From positions 96,001 through 160,000 of IMG/VR virus record IMGVR_UViG_3300005076_000002: 64,000 nt of DNA; one strand, written 5' to 3'. The notes beneath the pieces were generated by a model that saw nothing but the letters and a program-made list of their open reading frames with translations, had not been told where the DNA came from and did no database searches. Positions within the stretch are counted from its first letter, which is position 1. The number at the start of each line of letters is the position of its first letter. This DNA is from a virus. Its lineage: Duplodnaviria > Caudoviricetes. The position numbers and the translations under genes are program-made. This document shows, piece by piece, positions 57,947-64,000 of the stretch.

Positions 57947-58810
57947 ATGGCATACATTGTTGATTTTAACAAAGCGCCAGACACTCTCCTGCGTGAATTG
58001 ATCAACTACGAGAACTCGATTGACCTGACGGCCGATCAGATCACGTTTGTTAACTTACGCCCTGCAAATAAGCCTGGTTTCAACACCATGGTTGACGTGT
58101 GGTGGAAGTCGACTGCGGATATGGTAGGTAAGGTCACCGTTTCCTTTAACCGTATCGACCTCCCTAACCTGTTCAGTCTGGTTAAGTTGGCCGTGCGGGA
58201 AGTAGACATCAATACGCAGGACGGCCGGCCCGTACTTGACCAAGCGCTGTTTGATGAGATCAGACGGCGTTACAACATTACCTTTGCTATGGACGATTAC
58301 ACGTTCACGCCTGGAAAGGGAAAATGGGTCATGTCGGCCGGTGCAGATAACGTTGCCTACCAGGGCACTGTAGATCTGCTGATGGAAGCTTCACTGGCTT
58401 CACGTGCACCGAGCAATATTCTGGATGGCTTCTGGATTCTTCCGCCAGACGATATCGGTTATTTCTTGACCGAAGAGTACGTCGGTGATCCGTTCTATCC
58501 GGTGCAAATCCCACGTGGGATGATCAGTGCCGAGATGGTAACGCGCTCCATCGACTGTACCGATTTCAAATCGTTCCTGGCCCTTGATACCGTTAACAAC
58601 GTATTCAAGGCCGCGAGCTGGCCCACGCTGGTCAGCACTTACCTCGCTCCGCTTGGTATCCCGCCCTTCGAGAACGTTGGGCCGATTGTCGATCTCCCGA
58701 CCTCGAGCGTGCCTGGCTCGTTGCCTGGCTACAACCGAGTCGTGGTTATCGAGAACGTCGTATCAGAGACCATGGCAGGTCGCGCACTCTTCCATTACAA
58801 CACGATTTAA
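57947..58810 (+). CDS. Tail-tip paralog
   Basis: LINYEN...SFNRIDL...ILDGF...ALFHYN. Confidence 0.75.
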   Translation: MAYIVDFNKAPDTLLRELINYENSIDLTADQITFVNLRPANKPGFNTMVDVWWKSTADMVGKVTVSFNRIDLPNLFSLVKLAVREVDINTQDGRPVLDQALFDEIRRRYNITFAMDDYTFTPGKGKWVMSAGADNVAYQGTVDLLMEASLASRAPSNILDGFWILPPDDIGYFLTEEYVGDPFYPVQIPRGMISAEMVTRSIDCTDFKSFLALDTVNNVFKAASWPTLVSTYLAPLGIPPFENVGPIVDLPTSSVPGSLPGYNRVVVIENVVSETMAGRALFHYNTI

Positions 58811-58821
58811 CGAGGTAACAA

Positions 58822-59691
58822 ATGGCAATTATGACTGCAACCCTGGCTGGTATCGTCACTGCGATCAACGCCAAGAACCCGACCCTGGGGCTGACCATGG
58901 CCGAAGCCACCTATTCCAAGCCGCGTGCTAACGACGATACTTGGGAAGGCGAGTTGCTCTCCGGCAACACCCTGATGCGTGTTACTCCGAACGAAACCTC
59001 CAAGTACAGCGGCACTACGCTGATCGGTTACGACCGTCTGGACGTAGGCGTGCTGGGTGCCCTGCTGGGCGGTAAGATCTCCCTGCCGGAGACTCTGACC
59101 AACTCCATCGAAGCTATCCCGTACTTCGATAGCCTCTATGCTATCCAGGCCCACCCGGAAGACTTCGAGCTGACCCAGCTGACCGACAACGGCGATGGTA
59201 CCCGTTCCATGGTGCTGACTGCCAAGGCTGATGCTATCGCGTGGCTGGGCGGTACTTCCACCACCTTCACCGTGCGTGCGGCTCCGGTACCGATCGCTAA
59301 CGTCATCACCACTACCGTACTGGATGGCTACAAGTACATCTCCGACAGCGTGAAGGGTTTCGCTGAAACCTATTCCTACCCGATCGACTTTACTGCCCAG
59401 TTCGATACGCTGTCCCTGATTACCGACCAGACCACCGACTTCACTGGTCTGGCTGCTGCCCTGGCCTCCGCCACTGGCGAAGCATGGGTTGCCTCCGGTG
59501 CTGGCAAGTTCACTCTGGAAGGGGCCGTAGTCACTCACGCCGGTATCAACGAAGAAGAGTGGCCGACCAACCAGTCCTACAAGTACGCAATCCTGGTACA
59601 GCTGGGCGCTGCCTGTGAAAACCTCGAAGGTACCATGGTGATCCACTACAACGATCCGGTTGAAACTTTCAACCCTGGCACCGTTGATTAA
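58822..59691 (+). CDS. Tail-tip paralog, highly codon-optimised (probably high copy)
   Basis: AINAKN...GYDRLDV...VLDGY...FTLEGAVV...CENLEGTMVIHYN. Confidence 0.78.
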   Translation: MAIMTATLAGIVTAINAKNPTLGLTMAEATYSKPRANDDTWEGELLSGNTLMRVTPNETSKYSGTTLIGYDRLDVGVLGALLGGKISLPETLTNSIEAIPYFDSLYAIQAHPEDFELTQLTDNGDGTRSMVLTAKADAIAWLGGTSTTFTVRAAPVPIANVITTTVLDGYKYISDSVKGFAETYSYPIDFTAQFDTLSLITDQTTDFTGLAAALASATGEAWVASGAGKFTLEGAVVTHAGINEEEWPTNQSYKYAILVQLGAACENLEGTMVIHYNDPVETFNPGTVD

Positions 59692-59721
59692 TCGCCTATC
59701 TCAATAACCTAGAAGGAAAGA

Positions 59722-60039
59722 ATGATGGCACAGCCTAAGCGCGCGTTTAACTACCTGTATCGTTACGACTTCACCAAACATGCTGAGTTCCTCAAGAGCC
59801 AGCCTGTTGGCGAACAGCCGTCCGACGAGCTGGTAGCATTGCTCAAAGAAACCACTGGCGATGACTGGAACAAGACTTCTCTGGAAGGCTTCTCCCTGGT
59901 CGACGCAGTTGTCGAGTACAACGGTCTGAATGACAAGACTTATAAGCTGACCAACAGCCGCTATAAGCACATCCTGACCATCAAACTCGGTAGCACCTGC
60001 ACCGAACTGCGTGATCGGATGTATTTCCATTACAACTGA
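59722..60039 (+). CDS. Stand-alone C-terminal module paralog
   Basis: YLYRYDFT...FSLVDAVVEYNG...CTELRDRMYFHYN. Confidence 0.75.
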   Translation: MMAQPKRAFNYLYRYDFTKHAEFLKSQPVGEQPSDELVALLKETTGDDWNKTSLEGFSLVDAVVEYNGLNDKTYKLTNSRYKHILTIKLGSTCTELRDRMYFHYN

Positions 60040-60070
60040 TTAACGGTTGCCAATCGTCTTTGATACCAAC

Positions 60071-60107
60071 GTTAGTAGCTGGCGCATGCCAGCTACTAAC
60101 TATTTTT
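60071..60107 (+). terminator. Perfect 13-bp hairpin with T-tract
   Basis: GTTAGTAGCTGGC-GCAT-GCCAGCTACTAAC TATTTTT. Confidence 0.75.
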
Positions 60108-60120
60108 AAAGGAGCACAAA

Positions 60121-61125
60121 ATGTTAACCGGTTCCACTAATCCCATCGATGACATCATTGCGATGGTAGCGACTGCTAACGGGAAACCCGAGCTCAAGCC
60201 CGGCATGCTTATTCCGTACAAGCTTGCCATTGCTTCCGACCCGACCGATGGTAATACGGTAATTAGCGTATATGGTAACCCCGACGCCGGCATCCAGGGA
60301 GCTATGCAGCTAAAGTATGATCGTCAAGAACTTACTCGTATTTATAACGAGTACGGCGACGTCACACGTAAGCCCGCAATTTCACTGTCTGGCCAGCCGG
60401 GTGGGAAAGTAAAGTTTTTTTCACTTCTGCCCCAAATTAAAGCAGCTCTGGGCGTAGAGATTATTACCGACGGCAGTTGGGCCGATGCTGGGGATTTTGA
60501 CATCACAATCCCCAATAAAGATCAATACCAGGAGTTCGCGATTGTTATTGCTGCGAATAGCTTGCAATACGTGCCTGGTAAAAACCCAGTATTGCGTTTG
60601 CTTAATACTGGGATAACCATTGGTACGGTTGCCATTGATCGTGTCCTTGAACCGTATCTGCGCGCAAACCGTACGCTTGTGTTGAATGGTCCAGCCTACA
60701 ACGTAGACACTGAACAACGTCTGATACCTGCAATAGTTTTACGTAGCCATGACTTCACTAACGTGTGTCTGCGGCCGCTTGGCGAAATCCTCCGTCGTCA
60801 CGACTTCTATGTCGCTAACCGTAACTGGACAAACTGGTACTTCCAAGACGCCTTCGTTGATAAGGTCAACGCAGCGCTGGCAGAGATTACCGGTGTTCCT
60901 GGTAACATGCCGAAGGGACAAGTCTTACGTTCTTGGGGTCCGGATCTTTATTACGATAACTTTACCCATGAAAAGGTCTGGGCAACGGTTGCAAAGGTAG
61001 CCACCGCATACAGTATCGAGAACGTTAACCGCAATATGTTTACGCATGCTTTGACGGTTAATATTCCCAACGCCGCCGGTTTCCTTGGCACGCAATTGTA
61101 TCTACCCTATAACCAGTTCAGCTGA
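60121..61125 (+). CDS. Tail fibre/tip paralog with variable C-terminus
   Basis: GNTVISV...KYDRQEL. Confidence 0.75.
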   Translation: MLTGSTNPIDDIIAMVATANGKPELKPGMLIPYKLAIASDPTDGNTVISVYGNPDAGIQGAMQLKYDRQELTRIYNEYGDVTRKPAISLSGQPGGKVKFFSLLPQIKAALGVEIITDGSWADAGDFDITIPNKDQYQEFAIVIAANSLQYVPGKNPVLRLLNTGITIGTVAIDRVLEPYLRANRTLVLNGPAYNVDTEQRLIPAIVLRSHDFTNVCLRPLGEILRRHDFYVANRNWTNWYFQDAFVDKVNAALAEITGVPGNMPKGQVLRSWGPDLYYDNFTHEKVWATVAKVATAYSIENVNRNMFTHALTVNIPNAAGFLGTQLYLPYNQFS

Positions 61126-61170
61126 TGAACTTAAGTTGGGGAGATCAAACATCATCATAGGGAGCTATGT

Positions 61171-62241
61171 ATGCAAACGATTGACAACCTGCTCCAGGAA
61201 GATGACCCGGTAGATATGGTGCTGGCTGAGCTTTTTAGTCAGCATCCTAATCTGGCCACCTTTCCAGCAGGTACTTTTACGGTTAGTAAAATCAAACCGT
61301 ACGCGGGCTCTCGTAACACGGAGGCTGTGATTACAGCCTCCGTAGTCGCCGGCATTAAAGGTAAGACATCGATCTTTTATGACCGTGCTGACCTTGGGCG
61401 CGTTTTTAACAGCTTTGGCGATACTACTATCATTCCTGCTGTTTACATTGCTGCTGATGTTGGCAGTGTACTCTCCGTCAATGACATCCTCGACCAGCTG
61501 AACAATGCTCTGGGGATTAAGCTTAAGACCACCGGCAGCTTTTTAGACGTTACGTCTTTCAATTTTACTGCGGCTGCCAAAGGCGACATGACGGTCATTC
61601 AGCTCAGTGGTAAAGCTGGTACCGCTGATGGGACACCGCCGGTATCTGCGCGTATATTGCCAGGCAAACCGATTCGGCTGGAAATCCACAACCGTGGTAG
61701 TCACATCAACAAGAAAGCGATCAATCGCAGTATCACTCCGTTTATCAAGACGGATGGTAGCCTTAATTGGGGCGGGGAAACTATCTATGTGGCCGCCCCG
61801 AAGAAATCGCTACTTCTTGCACTGCGCACTACTGACTTTAGCGACATCTTCAACAGTATGTCGTCAGGGTCATGGCTGTATTATGCAGGCTATGGTTTCT
61901 CGGTTCATAAGTGGCTGTTCAATGCGGAGCTTAGCGCCGCTATCAAAGCACGCTGCGTAGAACTCGACATTCCGGTAATTGACTTCTCAGTGGCGCAGCA
62001 AACTGGCCGGGCTGCGACTGGTCAGGCACAAATGGAAGGGTTGGTATTTAGGCTTACTAGCAACTATCCGGGCGATACTGCCGTAAGTCGTAGATATACC
62101 AAAGCTGTTACACTGGGTGACTCGTTTACTGCAATCAGCTCCCCAGTAGGTCAGACTGCCATAGTTAAGCCTAGCATCGAGGCTCGCCTTGACTGGGCTA
62201 CTGACTTTAACAACTATCCGATCCACTTCAACACGGTCTAA
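61171..62241 (+). CDS. Tail fibre/tip paralog
   Basis: GSRNTE...FYDRADLG...PFIKTDGSLNW. Confidence 0.75.
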   Translation: MQTIDNLLQEDDPVDMVLAELFSQHPNLATFPAGTFTVSKIKPYAGSRNTEAVITASVVAGIKGKTSIFYDRADLGRVFNSFGDTTIIPAVYIAADVGSVLSVNDILDQLNNALGIKLKTTGSFLDVTSFNFTAAAKGDMTVIQLSGKAGTADGTPPVSARILPGKPIRLEIHNRGSHINKKAINRSITPFIKTDGSLNWGGETIYVAAPKKSLLLALRTTDFSDIFNSMSSGSWLYYAGYGFSVHKWLFNAELSAAIKARCVELDIPVIDFSVAQQTGRAATGQAQMEGLVFRLTSNYPGDTAVSRRYTKAVTLGDSFTAISSPVGQTAIVKPSIEARLDWATDFNNYPIHFNTV

Positions 62242-62251
62242 GGTGTAAGCC

Positions 62252-63358
62252 ATGGCTAATGTAAAAAGCATCTTTGAGGAAGCCACGCCGCTGGACGCTG
62301 TGTGGAACGCAATCATTGAAAAGAACCCAGATCTTGCAAAGTATGGTAAGAATGCATTTACCGTACTGAAGATCTTCCCAGCTACCGGGAGCCGCAATAC
62401 CGAAGTGCGTATGGTTGGTAATGGTAACGTAGGCATTGAGGGGATTATATCCGCGTTCTATGATCGTGCTGACCTCGGTAAATTAAATAAAACCTTTGGG
62501 GCACGGAAGCCTACGATTAACGTCGCTATGGCCCAAGGGACCGTCCTGACGTATGCAAGCCTCCTCCCGCAAATCAACGCCCTCTTGGGTTACAACCTGA
62601 CGCTGGATGGCAAGTGGCCCGACATTCAGGCCGGTTCAGTGACGGTCCCTGCTCGCGGTGGGAAGGTTTCCTTTACACTGCAAAGCGTACCATCTGCCAG
62701 TGGCGGGTTCTATCCGGCATCGGCGAGGACGCTGCCAGGTACGTCGCTGTCAATTGACCTGGTAAACCGTGGCCAGACTATCAATAATGGCGCCTCTAAC
62801 CGTTCGATCAATCCGTTTGTTAAGGCTGACGGTAACTTGAACTGGACGGGCGAGACCGTCTCTGCCGATAAGACCAAGACCCTGAAGTCGTTACTGGTTA
62901 AAATTTACAACGTCGACTTCTCTGACCTTGTCAATGAAGTTACTGAGCGTAGTAATATTTATCAGTGGGGTCTTGCGCCGGACCGCACGCACTGGATTTG
63001 GTACATTCGTCAGGCGCTGGCCGACGGTATCAAGAAACGTTGCCAGGATTTGGATATACCGATTATTGATATTGGTAACCCGGCCAAGCAATCCGGATGG
63101 TCTTTGGAATTGGAGCCCCAGCTCCCAACGCACGCCTATAAATTCTACGACAGCATTTTTAGGACGGTGTCTTCGTTGGGCGCAGTGCCTTGGGCAAACC
63201 CTAGATTTACAAAATGTATCTTGACCGCAGACTCGTTCAAGAACATCTACGGTTTCCCAGTCGCAAGTTATTATCTGCCCACTCCAGGCAAGGTAGAAGC
63301 AAAGGAAGGCTGGGCTACTAGCCTGGCTAACTATCCGATCAACTACAACCTGCCGTAA
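62252..63358 (+). CDS. Tail fibre/tip paralog
   Basis: GSRNTE...FYDRADLG...PFVKADGNLNW. Confidence 0.75.
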   Translation: MANVKSIFEEATPLDAVWNAIIEKNPDLAKYGKNAFTVLKIFPATGSRNTEVRMVGNGNVGIEGIISAFYDRADLGKLNKTFGARKPTINVAMAQGTVLTYASLLPQINALLGYNLTLDGKWPDIQAGSVTVPARGGKVSFTLQSVPSASGGFYPASARTLPGTSLSIDLVNRGQTINNGASNRSINPFVKADGNLNWTGETVSADKTKTLKSLLVKIYNVDFSDLVNEVTERSNIYQWGLAPDRTHWIWYIRQALADGIKKRCQDLDIPIIDIGNPAKQSGWSLELEPQLPTHAYKFYDSIFRTVSSLGAVPWANPRFTKCILTADSFKNIYGFPVASYYLPTPGKVEAKEGWATSLANYPINYNLP

Positions 63359-63363
63359 TGAAT

Positions 63364-63390
63364 GGGAGAGGCTACGGCCTCTCCTCTTTT
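63364..63390 (+). terminator. Intrinsic terminator
   Basis: GGAGAGGC-TACG-GCCTCTCC TCTTTT. Confidence 0.82.
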
Positions 63391-63424
63391 ATGCCGTGAT
63401 CTTATGTAACATAAGGAGAGAGCA

Positions 63425-64000
63425 ATGAAAATCCCCCTATCGAACGTCGAGCCTCTGGCCGAGATCATGGCTATGCTCAAGGAAGAAAACCCGCTGCTTG
63501 ATACGTCAGCGATATCTGCTTACAAGATGACCGCTGGTACTTCGCGCAATACCACACTGTATCTGATAGGCTCTAGTATAGCCGGTATTGCTGGTCGCCT
63601 GACAGTCGATTACGATCGACTGAATCCGGCTGACGTATTCAGTAAGTTTGGCGACCTTACCAAACATCGACCCCTGCGTCTTTACGGCGTCCCTGGTACC
63701 ACGATTAAGATCAGTGACGTGTTGGATCAGATCAACGATCTGCTCGGCATCAAACTGACCATGACCGGCCAGTTCCGCGATATCATCGATAGTACATTTG
63801 TCCTTCCGGCTAAGAACTCTTCGATCGTTGTGGATATCCTGCCGTACGTTTCAGCTACCGGCCAGCTCCCGCTGAACCTTCGTATTATGCCGACAGCAAA
63901 ACTGTCGCTTAATGTCAAGAGCGGCGGTAGTCAACTGGTGGGTCTCAACAAAGTGATCAACCCGTTTGTTAAAGCGGATAAGACCATCAACTGGACACTG
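63425..64000 (+). CDS. Tail fibre/tip paralog, 3'-truncated by window
   Basis: AAGGAG RBS; MKIPLSNVEPL...TSRNT...DYDRLNP...PFVKADKTINW; open to the window end. Confidence 0.75.
   Translation, partial: MKIPLSNVEPLAEIMAMLKEENPLLDTSAISAYKMTAGTSRNTTLYLIGSSIAGIAGRLTVDYDRLNPADVFSKFGDLTKHRPLRLYGVPGTTIKISDVLDQINDLLGIKLTMTGQFRDIIDSTFVLPAKNSSIVVDILPYVSATGQLPLNLRIMPTAKLSLNVKSGGSQLVGLNKVINPFVKADKTINWTL

Noticed and set aside
55770-64000. Diversity-generating retroelement or invertible cassette acting on tail paralogs
   Set aside because: No reverse transcriptase, recombinase or near-identical template/variable repeats seen in the window.
1-64000. Stop-codon recoding
   Set aside because: TAA, TAG and TGA all end full-length genes, and the two broken genes are frame changes rather than in-frame stops.

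Overview
This 64-kb window comes from the conserved core of a phiKZ-like, nucleus-forming jumbo phage (Chimalliviridae-like). The host is not determinable, although codon bias fits a moderately GC-rich gammaproteobacterium. Gene order follows the phiKZ gp69-gp140 block as I recall it; all gp numbers are recalled synteny or motif assignments, not database hits. The first part holds the 3' end of a probable PicA/Imp1 nuclear-import gene, two non-virion RNAP subunits, an SF2 helicase, a gp77-like gene, a virion RNAP beta' piece, a CYTH protein and the exonuclease half of a split family-B DNA polymerase. These are followed by head/inner-body proteins with G-x-E prohead-protease sites, baseplate genes, an accessory island (TerB plus early genes), DnaB, the major capsid gene, the nvRNAP beta N-part, portal and RuvC. 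The window ends with a second early island (GNAT, zincin) and a tandem array of tail-tip paralogs. Five observations stand out. (1) A T8 slippery site would fuse the gp77-like ORF to the next ORF by -1 frameshift, a tail-chaperone G/GT-like layout. (2) The major capsid gene and a gp139-like gene are each broken by a short apparent deletion, probably a consensus error but untested. (3) A covarying hairpin with a (T)ATAA loop sits before the RBS of early genes. (4) A ~90-nt stand-alone transcription unit has its own late promoter, terminator and an 11-codon ORF. (5) Early (CATATATTAY) and late (ATnnTRTG) promoter consensuses can be read directly from the sequence. No tRNA, CRISPR array, intron or reverse transcriptase was seen.
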